This document shows, piece by piece, positions 14,169-28,168 of a stretch of DNA of 64,000 nt; position 1 is the first letter of the stretch; every line of letters starts with the position of its first letter. The notes beneath the pieces are model-generated. The model ran no database searches, was not told where the DNA came from, and saw only the letters and a list, made by a program, of their open reading frames with translations. The translations under genes were made by a program, and so were the position numbers. This DNA is from Laetmonice hystrix (taxonomy: Eukaryota), in assembly GCA_965235115.1 (NCBI GenBank), contig OZ249436.1, positions 29,450,001 through 29,514,000 on the forward strand. Reading direction: 5' to 3'.

Positions 14169-14402
14169 GGTAACGCAATTAGGAAAGCGGACCTAAGTAA
14201 CATTCAGACTTGGTAACACAATTAGGAAAGCGGACCTAAGTAACATTCAGACTTGGGTAACACAATTAGGAAAGCGGACCTAGGTAACATTTATAAGTAA
14301 CATTCAGACTTGGGTAACACAATTAGGAAAGCGGACCTAAGTAACATTCAGACTTGGGTAACACAATTAGGAAAGCGGACCTAAGTAACATTCAGACTTG
14401 GG
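14169..14402. repeat. Minisatellite, 44-bp unit, about 5 copies
   Basis: Unit aattaggaaagcggacctaagtaacattcagacttgggtaacac. Confidence 0.95.
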
Positions 14403-15770
14403 AGTGTGATGTGTCTACCGGTTACTCCATGCATTCAGCACAGACCATCCTCATTAGCATCATCAAGGGATTACGTATATTCCCAGTGTGTGGGACTTGA
14501 ACAAGCAGTGCCATGACAACTGAGGCGAGGTAATCGGCTTAAAGACCAACATGAAAGCTGCCGCCTGCTGGTCTGACGTAAAGAGTACATTATAACAACC
14601 GACACTGTACTCCGTGCTGCCTGCAGTCCGGCGTCACGGGTCGCCATAGCTTTAAGTACTGTGCGTACATAACAAAACCCGTCGGGCGCCTGCATCCCTG
14701 GCAGCATGCATGTACGATCCGCTCTCCTGACCATAAACTATTGCCTGACACCATGCCACCATGTCACATCCTTTTTACGCCTTGCTGAAACCTGGCAAGT
14801 TGACAAAGACTCGGTACGCGCCGGTCAGTAATACCCGCGCTTTTTAATTAAGTCATTTTGTCCTGGAGTTACGGCTCGCTGCAGTCATTTACAAATCTCG
14901 CTCCCAAAAATTCTGTTCGGTTCTAATTCCACATTATTTGGGACACTATAAAATATGTGAAGATTGATCTCGCTGTGAATAGTTTTGGTTCTGACTGTGG
15001 AAAAAGGGAACTGTGTTTTAGGCGATGGGATTTTGGAGAACCGTATTTCTTCGAAAGTGACTAAAATTAGAGTTGAAGACTGAAATGCAGACAAAGCGAT
15101 TACGTGGGCTGCACGCCCGGATTTCAATTGGCGATATCCCCGAATGGCAGCCAGACGCAGTCGTGGGTGAAACACCCATCTGGGCACACAAGTAGCTTTA
15201 TCTTAATCAAAGTAATAGGGGCTAATATCCTACCGGTCTAAGCCACCGTGCGAGGGCTGGGCCGACGGTCAGAATATAGTCATTTAGTGGTTTTTGCAGC
15301 TCGCCCCTGTTAAGGTGAAGGCGGCCACGCGGCAAGACATGAGGCTGGCAGCGTAACACAAGCGGGCAACCTAACTTTGAAGTGCACATTTAAGCCTGAG
15401 GAGACGGCAGGGGATTCAAGATCAAGTGATGGTTCTGGTGTAACCTTTCAGGGCTTCATGTAACATTGCATGAACAAAATACTCAAGCGCTAGGTCGCCA
15501 TCTGCCCTTCTTCTGGACATTCTGTAAGAAAGAGCTGCAGATCCGCACCTTTTCGTCTCATGTTTACAAACCTGTGTTGTCTGAAGGGGGGGGGGCTGTT
15601 CCCTCTTCCGCCAGGAACGGCCCTGTATTATATGTGAGGCCAATTTTACTTATACAGACGGTACTGCATTGCAACAGGAAACATCCTGGAAACTTTTGCA
15701 TGGAAGACGTACAATTATTGTCCCGAATAACCGTCCACAACAAGCTTGCCCTATAGGGCGAAGTGCGGCT

Positions 15771-16836
15771 TGTTACGACTGATAATGTATCAACTAACCA
15801 ATAATGTATCAACCAACCGATAATGTAGAGAATCAACCGATAATGTAGTAACATTTTCTAATGGTTAATGTAGTAAAAATCAACCGATAATGTAGTAACT
15901 TTTTCTAACCGATAATGTAACAACATTTTAACCGATAATATATCAACTTCTTGAACATGTTTAGTTTTGAAAATGTTCTTTGTTTCTTTGTTTGTTTACT
16001 TATTTCTTTCTTTCTTTTTTCTGTCTTTCTTTCTACGGATTCATTACCAATCCTTTCTGTAATGTACGCCTAGCCTATCTAGAGTGTGTTTTTTGTGTGT
16101 GGAAAGCAGGGGTAAGGAGGGGCGGAAAGTAGGAAGGCAGCAAGGGGAAAAGGAAGGAGGAGAAAAGAAGGGGGAGAAGGAATGGAGAAAGTAGAGAGGG
16201 GCAGAAAGAAGGAAGAAAAGAGAGTGGAGGGAGAAATGAGGAAAAGGAGGGGAAGGGAGGTAGAAAGGGCAGAGGGAGAGAGAAAAAGGAGAAAAAGAGA
16301 TGGAAAGGATAAAGGAGAGAGGGATAGGATAAAGGGAAACAGGGACAGATTTAAGGGGATGAAAAGGAGAGTAGGGAGAAAGGAGGGATGAAAAGAGAGG
16401 GAGAAAAGACAGGGAAAGGGGTCGGGGAAGGGAGGGGGAGAAAGCAGGCAGGGAAAGGCAGGAATGAAGGGGAAATGGAGGGCGAAAGCTAATGGAAGGG
16501 GAAAGGAGACGGAGGAAGGAAGCTGTGAGAAAGGGAATGAGAAAGAGGAGAGAAAGGAAGGAGACAGGGAAGATGGGAGAAAGAAGAAAAAGCGCAGGGG
16601 AAGAAAAATGGGAGAAAAGAGAAGGGAGAAAGGGGAAGGAAGCTAGCAAGACAGGGGAGAAAAGGGAAGTCATGGTGAAAGGGGAAGGCGGTAGAAAGAA
16701 GAAAGAAGGAAGAAACGAAGATGATACGAGGAAGAAAGGAGAATGGGGAGAAATAATGGAGGGTGGAGGAAGGAGGGAAAAAGGAGGAAAATCGAGGAGA
16801 CAGGAAGAAAGAAAGAAATACCAAACAAAGAAATAT

Positions 16837-16868
<32 letters not shown>

Positions 16869-17080
16869 CCAAACAAAGAAAGACCGAACAAAGAAATCCC
16901 AGCAAGAAAGAAGATTTGCAAAGATTTATAAAATAAAAATGTTGAAGAAGTTGATACATTATCGGTTAAAATGATGTTACATTATCGGTTAAAATGATGT
17001 TACATTATCGGTTAGAAACAGTTACTACATTATTGGTTATTGATCATTATCGGTTAGTTGATACATTATCAGTCGTAACA
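15771..17080. mobile_element. Non-autonomous foldback/EnSpm-like element with subterminal repeats and a purine-rich core
   Basis: TIRs TGTTACGACTGATAATGTATCAACTAACC / GGTTAGTTGATACATTATCAGTCGTAACA, multiple inverted aaccgataatgta subrepeats, and mirrored T-rich and A-rich inner arms. Confidence 0.7.
16105..16915. repeat. Low-complexity polypurine (GA-rich) tract
   Basis: About 800 nt, almost entirely A/G on the + strand. Confidence 0.93.
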
Positions 17081-20067
17081 GGGCGTGCTTTCTGCAGGTG
17101 TGTACTGAGAAATCTGCTTTGAGCAGAGTCAAATTCCTAGCGCTAAGCACAAAGTTTAACTATCGTCCCCAGTTTACTCCCCGCGACCCCTTACTTGGCC
17201 ATCTGGCCTGCAATCTATACCACCCCATACATATATAGTCAGCCATTCCGTCCAGTCACCCACTGATGCCTAGGTAGACGAAATGAGGCTGTAGCAAAAT
17301 GGCACCGACCTTGTATTTACAGATGGTCCGCAAAGGGGCTTTTAATGATGACGTTAAGGAGCATCAGAAAATTGCTAATTAGACCTAATGAATAGCGCAC
17401 GTGGCCACAGTAGGTGTGCATGGAAACACACATAAAAACGGCTAGTTAGCGCCAAACTTCCAAACCTGAAAACAATAATTATTAATCAGGCTTGATAATC
17501 TACAGAAGCGTTTGGTATTCACAAACACTTAATTGTGAACATAGCGCTATAAACGAAAAGAACGATCTCAACTATATCCAATGCTTTTAGTAACTGGAGA
17601 AAGGACTTGAATATTCAAGATGAACATCTGCATTTGAACCAAAAGTTAGTCTCAAACTTCTGAACTGTCTCTGAACTATTATTGTCCTCCCCGTAGAAAA
17701 TAGAAGCACTTGTTACAAAACTTAATTTCTAAGTCAGTTTTTTGCAAGTGAAACCGTCAATTACATAATTTTATTGGTTGGTGTTTCGTTTCATATTATT
17801 AGAGCACACTTGTTTTCAGGTGTTTTGAGTCCAATATTATTGTTCAGTTATTCCCTGTAGAGCTTTATGATGCTGCCTAAAACAGCAGCCCAGAACAAAC
17901 ATTTTAAGCTGGCTTCCTCTGCATAAGTGTGTGATGTTTTGCCCTGGAATTGTTAGACAGTGCTGCAGTAAAACATGAAATTATGATATTTATATGATGT
18001 ATACATATGAAATAATGCACGAATATTTATCACTATGCATCCCCGAGGCACCATACAATAGCACGGTGTATCCGAGCAAGGTTGACCAAGAAGACGGCAG
18101 CTCGAACCCATTGGACTCATCCCCTCGCGTGAGCTCCATGCATGAAAACATCACACGATAAGGCAGGTAATTAAAGGACGCGCAGGTAGGCGGGGAGAAA
18201 ATCAGGGAGAAAAGTTTAATTTTGGAGCGGCTTGCCGGCGTTGGAGCTTCTGCTCGACTGAGTGACGACAAGATTGTGTATTAAGTGGCCGCCACACCTG
18301 TGATCTGGCTGGCGGGTGGGTGGGTGGGTGCTGGCCCAGCGCTGGCTGCTGTACGGGGACCGTCAGGCGGCCCGCGGCGGGCAATCACAGCCTGCACTGT
18401 TAATTTGGCGGCCAAACTAGGCGTGAGCAAGACCGCCGCAAAGCTTCACTTTGAACACGATGTTCATTCCCTGAACTCAATGTATCCGTATAAATATGTT
18501 TAATGTGCGATGTGCTTTCAGCGCGACAAGTGCCTACTTCAATCATAGTAAGGCGGGGGCAGTTACAAGAGATGGGTGCCGACAGCACAGTGTGAGGATA
18601 CACGGGGGGAGTTGGTAATATTCCATGGAATAGGAATCACTTTTTTAGCACCGTAGGCTGTTAAAGCGCGACTGTATTCCATCTGCCGTTAGATTTTTTT
18701 CAAACGCGTAACATTTGATATTTGAAACTATGGAGAATGAAATTGTTTGTGCATGTATCAATTCTATATTTCATTTATAATTATGAGACAAGTTAATAAA
18801 GATGTTTGGCTCTTACTGGCATGACGAATGGTATGAAAGTGAAGTTTCTAACTCAAATCCACGCATGAAAGAACAAAAACTCAGAATTCTGTGCCCGGCT
18901 GAAACAGAATACCGTACGCAATGCACGTACATGTACGTGTCTCATTATATTATATAACCAGTATATCACTTTACCTATACTACTACCAAGTAACACTTAA
19001 CTCAAACCTGAAGTCGTAACGCATACCCTCAAGTCAACAAAACGCACAACATCCATGCTCTTGTAGAATTAATCCTCTTTCAAGTGGCCGCCGAGCGAGC
19101 GGCAGGTAACAAGTTGTGATTGATATTGATGCGGCCGGGCGAGGCTGGCTGAACTGGACGGCCAATGATAGCGTCCATATTGCGACAGATGGGCACCGGG
19201 CCCGGAGGGCATTGTTTGAGAGGCGCGAGGCGAGCGGACGCCTCATGTCACAGATATCCCGAGTGGACCCGATCCCTATCCCCAACACCTTCCTAGAACT
19301 CCACTCAACCGTATACACATCCCAGTAATGGACTTGATAATTGCCTATTATACACCGACACAACTTTGTGAATTTTGAAACGACTCCCACTAGGGTGATT
19401 CGTTCTTTAGTTTCAATAGACCTACATGGGTTTCATCAGGTAAAACCCACCAAGTCCCGAAATGTAATCCCGACTTCAAACTTGCCCTCGATGATCTCTT
19501 GACAGATCTCAAGTGAACCAATCGAGGGTTGTGCCCCTCCGTGTTTGACAAAGCACCGTTTGGTGGCTTGTCGAAATGCGTTAGTTCAAATAGATCGAGC
19601 GACCGTAACGCAAACAGTTACTGTATGTTCACAGTAAACGTTTAGAGACTCTAAAACTAATTAAAGGACACCTTTAATGGAGCGAGGAACCAGTGTTATT
19701 TGGTGGTAACAGAGGACGACCGAGAAGGTGTTGGTTATGCCATGATATATTGTCTCTCGGCCTTTGTTTGTTGTCCGGGAATGCATCTGTCATCTGTCGT
19801 ATTAATATTGCACTTTGTTGCTTTTATTGTGGATAGAAACAAAAAAGGACGCGAAGCATTAAGTTACCTGGAAATAAGAATGGTCTGAGGACAAAATTCA
19901 TACGAACCAGCTTTCTCTCCGATCGTGTGGTCAAGACCGTTTTGTTCACCTTGGGTTTAAGATAGCTGGATTGGCGGGGAAAATGTCCTGTCGGAAAGAG
20001 TTGGTCATCTTCGGGACGGCAATAAATCGTCATTTTCTGTCTGGTGGTGATGATGTGACGATACAGG

Positions 20068-21822
20068 CTGAACCGACTAGGGGGTTATTCATAGACTACT
20101 CCCCCAGACTGAACCGACTAGGGGGTTATTCATGGACTACTCCCCCAGACTGAACCGACTAGGGGGTTATTCATAGACTACTCCCCCAGACTGAACCGAC
20201 TAGGGGGTTATTCATAGACTACCCCCCCAGACTGAACCGACTAGGGGGTTATTCATGGACTACTCCCCCAGACTGAACCGACTAGGGGGTTATTCATAGA
20301 CTACTCCCCCAGACTGAACCGACTAGGGGGTTATTCATAGACTACTCCCCCAGACTGAACCGACTAGGGGGTTATTCATGGACTACTCCCCCAGACTGAA
20401 CCAACTAGGGGGTTATTCATAGACTACTCCCCCAGACTGAACCGACTAGGGGGTTTTTCATGGACTACTCCCCCAGACTGAACCAACTAGGGGGTTATTC
20501 ATAGACTACTCCCCCAGACTGAAACGACTAGGGGGTTATTCATGGACTACTCCCCCAGACTGAACCAACTAGGGGGTTATTCATAGACTACTCCCCCAGA
20601 CTGAACCGACTAGGGGGTTATTCATAGACTACTTCCCCAGACTGAACCGACAAGGGGGTTATGCATGGACTACTTCCCCAGACTGAACCGACTAGGGGGG
20701 TTATTCATGGACTACTCCCCCAGACTGAACCGACTAGGGGTTTTTTCATGGACTACTCCCCCAGACTGAACCAACTAGGGGGTTATTCATGGACTACTCC
20801 CCCAGACTGAACCAACTAGGGGGTTATTCATAGACTACTCCCCCAGACTGAACCGACTAGAAAGGTCTTTCATGGACTACTCCCCCAGACTGAACCAACT
20901 AGGGGGTTATTCATAGACTACTCCCCCAGACTGAACCGACTAGAAAGGTCTTTCATGGACTACTCTCCCAGACTGAACCGACTAGGGGGTTATTTAAGGA
21001 CTACTCCCCCAGACTGAACCGAGTAGGGGGTTATTCATGGACTACTCCCCCAGACTGAACCGACTAGGGGGTTATTCATAGACTACTCCCCCAGACTGAA
21101 CCGACTAGGGGGTTTTTCATGGACTACTCCCCCAGACTGAACCAACTAGGGGGTTATTCATAGACTACTCCCCCAGACTGAACCGACTAGAAAGGTCTTT
21201 CATGGACTACTCCCCCAGACTGAACCAACTAGGGGGTTATTCATAGACTACTCCCCCAGACTGAACCGACTAGAAAGGTCTTTCATGGACTACTCTCCCA
21301 GACTGAACCGACTAGGGGGTTATTTAAGGACTACTCCCCCAGACTGAACCGAGTAGGGGGTTATTCATGGACTACTCCCCCAGACTGAACCGAGTAGGGG
21401 GTTATTCATGGACTACTCCCCCAGACTGAACCGACTAGGGGGTTATTCATAGACTACTCCCCCAGACTGAACCGACTAGGGGTTATTCATGGACTACTCC
21501 CCCAGACTGAACCGACTAGGGGGTTATTCATGGACTACTCCCCCAGACTGAACCGACAAGGGGGTTATTCAGGGACTACTCCCCCAGACTGAACCGACTA
21601 GGGGGTTATTCATAGACTACTCCCCCAGACTGAACCAACTAGGGGGTTATTCATAGACTACTCCCCCAGACTGAACCGACTAGAAAGGTCTTTCATGGAC
21701 TACTCCCCCAGACTGAACCAACTAGGGGGTTATTCATAGACTACTCCCCCAGACTGAACCGACTAGAAAGGTCTTTCATGGACTACTCTCCCAGACTGAA
21801 CCGACTAGGGGGTTATTCATGG
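20068..21822. repeat. Minisatellite, 41-bp unit, about 43 copies
   Basis: Unit gactgaaccgactagggggttattcatagactactccccca, with a 42-bp tagaaaggtctttc variant. Confidence 0.98.
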
Positions 21823-24800
21823 AGATTTGTTGGTAAGACGGTCTTGCCTGTGATGACGTCACTAAGTCTTTTTGGATGGCGTCAATTCTGGGTCGTAGAA
21901 AATAACGTCAAAGTCCTAACTTTTTCTTACCCCTAAATATCCTCCTATATCGTTTAGAAATGATTGTGTAGGTTTAAGGCTCACTGTGCTTTAATTATAT
22001 TTTCCTCGTAATGTTCTCTGTACTTAGACTGTCTTTAAGTAAGGACATGTCAATTAGTCTTCACTATATTGCCGTCTTTGCCGGTTATAATTTCCTCATC
22101 ACAAGGCAATAAATTAGATAAAGAGACGTTCTTTCCTTACGTTTCCAGACATTTTAGAACATGGAGTATCATTTGTTAAATTCAAGATGATTAATAATGA
22201 AACTTGAGATAATATCATTATAGCTTCCAACATTACTTAATACTCGCAGTCGTTGGAAAATTTCATTTGATTCAAGTGAATCAGTCGACACTAGGAAGAG
22301 CTATTTTTAACTGCGCCATGCAAATATTGAATACACGCGGGATCGCTTGCTTCGTTTATTGAATAAAGCAAGTGGCTTCAATAATTTTGCCTTGATTCTA
22401 TGTAAAAAAAACCATGGAGGATGAAAGTTTTGAAACCAATGTCTGGATGAAAAGTTATTTTTCAAAATAATAGATACAAATTTTTAAACGACTAAACCAA
22501 TAAAGCAGGACATTCATTGGTAGCTCAAGTTTCCAATGATATCCATTTTCACAGCAAGTTTGGCAAAATGGAGAATTTTCCAAAGCGAGGGCAAACGTTC
22601 CATATTACGATAAACAGTCAATTAGTCACAAAAGACTACACTTTTTTAATCATAACCATTGCCACACATAAGTCAGGAATTACTTGTGTTTTAATTAGAG
22701 GAGGTTAGAGGGTATTGTATGAATGACTGTGCCATCTCCACATTGAAATCAGGCGAGCCATCTGTTCACAATCTTATGTTATAGGTTGGTATAAAGATGG
22801 AATCCTCGGACGATGGACATACCAATTTGGCATTTCTTTCATGGCGAGGGGGTCGAAACAATGTGGTAAAGACCTAATTAATGTCACAGTATAAATGCGA
22901 AATACATACATTTCTAGGTATACATCTGTGTCATGATGTAATTCGTAGTCTTTACAATCCAAGCTGCATGCCCCCCCCCCACTGATGGGCACTGTTCCTT
23001 GGCGCCATCCCAGACAAGGACCACACAACCAACACTTGTGTCTAGAGTCGTGCGAATCCCTCCCATCGTCTAACAGTAATCAATTTGAACAAATCATATT
23101 CACTGGGCTCGTCACCGGGCCTTGTTGATGTATTTGTAACGGGCCACGACCGATAAACGCGCCCCCGGTCCACAAGCTGTATATATTAAGTACCCCCCAG
23201 AACACCCTCCACCCCCATCCTCCACCGCCACCAGAGCCCACGTGGCTTTGCGTACGACGGATCGACTTAATGCAGGCCCCTGCAAATTGTATTTACTAAA
23301 ATGCGATTGGTTCCGAGTGTCGCTTGTGCCGGGGAAGTCCGCGAACCTATGCAATGAATCAGAATTTGCGTTTCACATTGAGGGGAGAGGATCGCAGATG
23401 ATTTAATGGGGTTTTAGGCAAAGTGACATGCAGGAGGGATGGCGAAAATGCAAACGGCACCTCCTAAAGGCTGGGTTCGAGGAGGCCAGAGGCAGGAGAG
23501 GCACTGGCTACGGGCCAGGCCGAATACTTTAGGCATGTCCTGTGCTATTGTAATGGCCACTCTGTAGCCGGGTCACGGAGCCGGGGTGGGACGAGGCGTC
23601 CACTGAGAGATGGGATGACAGGCCGGGCGAGGGTAGGGCCACAGATATCGTGGGAGAGCAGAGTTTGATTGGAGTATCTTCTAACTCAAGAATTATAAAC
23701 AGTCGGATGTTTAAGTTTTACAAGCTAGTCATTAGACGTATACTGTTAGGGACCTCAATGTATACCGTTAGATTTGTAGTGAGAGCAGCAAAATACAATT
23801 TAACTTAAATGTGAAACACTCTTCTGGTCGAATGAGGGTTGCTTAGTTCCTGCCCAACGTGCTTACACTGTGTTGCCTGGGACCATCGTTTTTACTGTTA
23901 CTGTATGCAAATCAGTATGTTATAGTTAATAAAACAAGTAAATAAATAAGTAAGTATGGGTAAGTATGACGTGTGTGTAGGGTTGTAGGTGCGTGTACAC
24001 TTTTAATCATTAGTTTTGACACCAGATTGACCTGACCCAAATATCACTTTTTACATACTACTTACTATCAAGTAAAATCCTATTTTCACCATGGTTGTTG
24101 CCTTGACTTGGATATAAAACGATTCGAAACAATTTTCATAAAGATCAAAGGGGCTAATTTATAGTTTTCCTACAATTTATATAGGCTTGTGTTTGACTTA
24201 TATTCTTTAAATGGATTGAGTGTCTGCTAAAACTGTCGGGCTGTGAGAAGACTGAAACATACTCTATAGAAGGGAGCCTCTCTCTGTAAGTCATTATAGA
24301 TGCAGTGCCCTCGTGTGTTCCGGGCCGTTAGTCTGACCAATGGTTCCCAGAGTGACAAATGGCGGATCCGTGGTATCGATGGCCTGGACACGGGATAATC
24401 ATGTAGCCATCTGATGCGTGCACAATGATATTCATAACCGCCCAGACATCTGATTGAGGCCGGCTTTCTCGGTCACCGTGGCCGTCCGCCGCTCTCCCGT
24501 CCGCCCGCCGGGCCAGGCGGCCGCCCCGCCGGGGGAGTCGCTCAAGTAACCCCCCCTCTCCGCCCACGTCCCCGGTGTGCTGGCCGGGTCTATAGTTAAC
24601 ACAGGCCGTGGTGACTGTACCCCGGACCGCTCCCATTAGAGACCCGTCCTGCTGATGTCGGGCGGCAACCAGAAGCCATGAAGAGGAGGAAGAGGAGGAA
24701 GAGGAAGGGAGAAGCAGGTTTTTTTTAATAATCCGGCCCGGAGCGTGGCGCCAACTGCCGCTGTCAGGGCTCTGGTCACCGACACGGAGAGTGTCATTAA

Positions 24801-25120
24801 CTACCGGTTGCCAGGTCGTTATGGGCTGTCACGTGACACACCTGTCCGGAGGTGGGTCAGCATTGGGGTGCGGTCGGTGGCGGAAACAACGAGTAAAGAG
24901 CTATTTCCTTCCGGACGTTATGGCGAGTTAGCGGCGGCCGGGCGGCACCTCAGGAGGTCCCCCGGGGGTGGGCGGGGAGGGGGGGGGGGGCTGGCCGGCC
25001 GAGCTCGCCGCCCAGGCCAACGGCAGGCACCGCGACCTAGTGATGCGCCTGCACCTCCGTTTAGGTCAATTACATCGAGTTGTCGCTGGAACATGGTTTA
25101 CATTTAGATTACTTGATCTG

Positions 25121-25550
25121 NNNNNNNNNNNNNNNNNNNNNNNNNNNNNNNNNNNNNNNNNNNNNNNNNNNNNNNNNNNNNNNNNNNNNNNNNNNNNNNN
25201 NNNNNNNNNNNNNNNNNNNNNNNNNNNNNNNNNNNNNNNNNNNNNNNNNNNNNNNNNNNNNNNNNNNNNNNNNNNNNNNNNNNNNNNNNNNNNNNNNNNN
25301 NNNNNNNNNNNNNNNNNNNNNNNNNNNNNNNNNNNNNNNNNNNNNNNNNNNNNNNNNNNNNNNNNNNNNNNNNNNNNNNNNNNNNNNNNNNNNNNNNNNN
25401 NNNNNNNNNNNNNNNNNNNNNNNNNNNNNNNNNNNNNNNNNNNNNNNNNNNNNNNNNNNNNNNNNNNNNNNNNNNNNNNNNNNNNNNNNNNNNNNNNNNN
25501 NNNNNNNNNNNNNNNNNNNNNNNNNNNNNNNNNNNNNNNNNNNNNNNNNN
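25121..25550. other. Assembly gap (430 N)
   Basis: N run. Confidence 1.
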
Positions 25551-26438
25551 GGGTGCATGACGGTGAATCATGTAACACCGAGGGAACGAACTCGAAGCTT
25601 TAATAACTTTAATCTCCCGCCTGCGTACAATAACCCGAGCAAATTAAAACACGTTCAGAGCTTTCATTTGATTTCATAAATGGGAAACGTGAAGAAATTC
25701 TTGTTGGTTTGGTTGTCACGTTTCTCTCTTCTTCATTGAAATGATGCATTATGACCTGGTGCTGGTTTCTATACGTGAGCTTTCCCCCGCAAATCGCGCC
25801 ATCCTCACTAAATTATGAAATGCGTTACTTCTCTTCTTTTGTTCCATAAATTTTGCTGATCGAATCACGGATGATAAATTTGATTACGTCGATAGTAGAA
25901 ACCAGAGCCCATTGTTTATTATGACACCAGGCGCGGGCCAGGAAGCCTGGCTAATCATTTCTACAAGATAAAGTTGTAAAAACCTATGTACTTAACAATC
26001 ATTTTTAGTCGTAAGTGATTTGTCTTCTCGCTCGGGCGTAACTGACTCATCAGTGACTCAAGAAAGACGAGAGTTGTGTTAAGATTAATTGGAAGATTAA
26101 AATGAAGATCTGAATGGGATTGGCTGCAATTGAAGCGGGATCACCATTCTGATCTGAGAACTAGAGATGTCTTATCTGCTATTAATTACACATTACAACG
26201 ACTTGCTTCTCACACATATTATGGAGATATTCTTGAAGTTCACCTTGTAGACCGTTAATAACAACACAGACACAAAACCGATACTCTTTCTTCAGTGCGT
26301 ACCACATCTAATTAATTGTACTGCTTGTAGACCTTAACAATAACATTGCTGTTATATGAGACTACAATCAGGTATCACCTCGGAGATCGTCTTTGAAGAA
26401 ATTTAGACTGCAGTTTGGATAACTATTATCATTTTCAT

Positions 26439-26449
26439 TACTACTACTG

Positions 26450-26512
<63 letters not shown>

Positions 26513-26567
26513 CACTACTACTACTACTACCACTACTACTACTGCTACTACAATGTTCTACTACTAC
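26439..26567. repeat. (TAC)n microsatellite running into a gap
   Basis: Direct reading. Confidence 0.96.
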
Positions 26568-26715
26568 NNNNNNNNNNNNNNNNNNNNNNNNNNNNNNNNN
26601 NNNNNNNNNNNNNNNNNNNNNNNNNNNNNNNNNNNNNNNNNNNNNNNNNNNNNNNNNNNNNNNNNNNNNNNNNNNNNNNNNNNNNNNNNNNNNNNNNNNN
26701 NNNNNNNNNNNNNNN
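26568..26715. other. Assembly gap (148 N)
   Basis: N run. Confidence 1.
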
Positions 26716-27376
26716 TATGCATGACGATACACTGACATACAAGACAAACGGGTAGATATTGAGATTCATACACTATAAGGGGGTGGGGTGCTAGGGGTGG
26801 GAGTGGGGTAAGTTGGGGGGGGGGGCTAGGGGTGGGAGTGGGGTGAGTTGGGGGGGGATTCAGAGCGGATGGATAGATTTATGGAGGCGCGCATGCGTAA
26901 CTGATAACAGCGACAACTTGATAAAACAGCAGGATTGAGTGCCCGGATGACGAGTAGGAACTAATTTCCTTCGCCTGCCGATGGCTATTGAAAGCAACAA
27001 TGCCTCACCATCCGTTACCTAAGACCCCAAGAAGACACCAGCAGGTTGGCGACAAGATTGATAAGGCCTCTGTTAATTAAATCATTCCAGCGATGAGCTA
27101 AGCACGCCGACACGGGATGCGCACGGTCCGGGAATGGACGGTGGAGGTTTGGAGAAGTTGGTTTGGTTCCGAGTCAGGAAACCAATGGGTGTTGTAATAA
27201 TTACGTTGTGTGTGGCGGTGCAGCGAGACGCGGGAGGAGGGGGGGGGGGGTGACATGAGCGGGCCTAGCGGGGACAAGTCCGGTATGGCTCCAGACCAGC
27301 ATGACGTCCCGACATGACGTGTCGAGGTCTGGCCGCAGCATGTCCGACATGATATGGCACGGTCCGTCCAGCGTGA

Positions 27377-28168
27377 CACCATCCGGCATGACGTCCGGTC
27401 GGTCCCGGCATGTCACCATCCGGTATGACGAACGTCCGGTCGGTCCTAGCATGTCACCATACGGCATGACGTACGTCCGGTCGGTCCTAGCATGTCACCA
27501 GACGGCATGACGTACGTCTGGTCGGCCCCGGCATGTCACCATACGGCATGACGTACGTCCGGTCGGTCCCGGCATGCCACCGTCCGGCATGACGTACGTC
27601 CGGTCGGTCCCGGCATGTCACCGTCCGGCATGACGTACGGCCGGTCGGTCCCGGCATGTCACTATCCAGCATGACGTACGCCTGGTCGGTCCCGGCATGT
27701 CACCATACGGCATGACGTACGGCCGGTCGGTACTAGCATGTCACCATCCGGCATGACGTACGTCCGGTCGGTCCCGGCATGCCACCGTCCGGCATGACGT
27801 ACGTCCGGTCGGTCCCGGCATGTCACCATCCGGCATGACGTACGTCCGGTCGGTCCCGGCATGTCACCATCCGGCATGGCGTACGTCCGGTCGGTCCCGG
27901 CATGCCACCGTCCGGCATGACGTACGTCCGGTCGGTCCCGGCATGCCACCGTCCGGCATGACGTACGTCCGGTCGGTCCTGGCATGCCACCCATCCAGCA
28001 TGACGTACGTCCGGTCGGTCCCGGCATGTCACCATCCGGCATGACGTACGTCCGGTCGGTCCCGGCATGTCACCATCCAGCATGACGTATGTCCGGTCGG
28101 TCCCGGCATGTAACCATCCAGCATGACGTACGTCCGGTCGGTCCTGGCATGCCACCCATCCGGCATGA
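27377..28168. repeat. CpG-rich minisatellite, 41-bp unit, about 19 copies
   Basis: Unit ggcatgacgtacgtccggtcggtcccggcatgtcaccatcc. Confidence 0.97.

Noticed and set aside
16044-16974. ORFs of 60-209 aa (K/E/R/G-rich or F/L/S/P-rich)
   Set aside because: These are by-products of the polypurine tract, which lacks stops in several frames.
18661-19677. TTAA-AG starts suggesting a Kolobok-type element
   Set aside because: No matching opposite terminus found.
24968-26773. ORFs containing X runs, poly-T or poly-S
   Set aside because: Artefacts of the N gaps and the (TAC)n repeat.
27098-28155. Repetitive ORFs (GPTGRTSCR...)
   Set aside because: These are translations of a 41-bp (non-3n) minisatellite that cycle through frames, with no splice or homology support.
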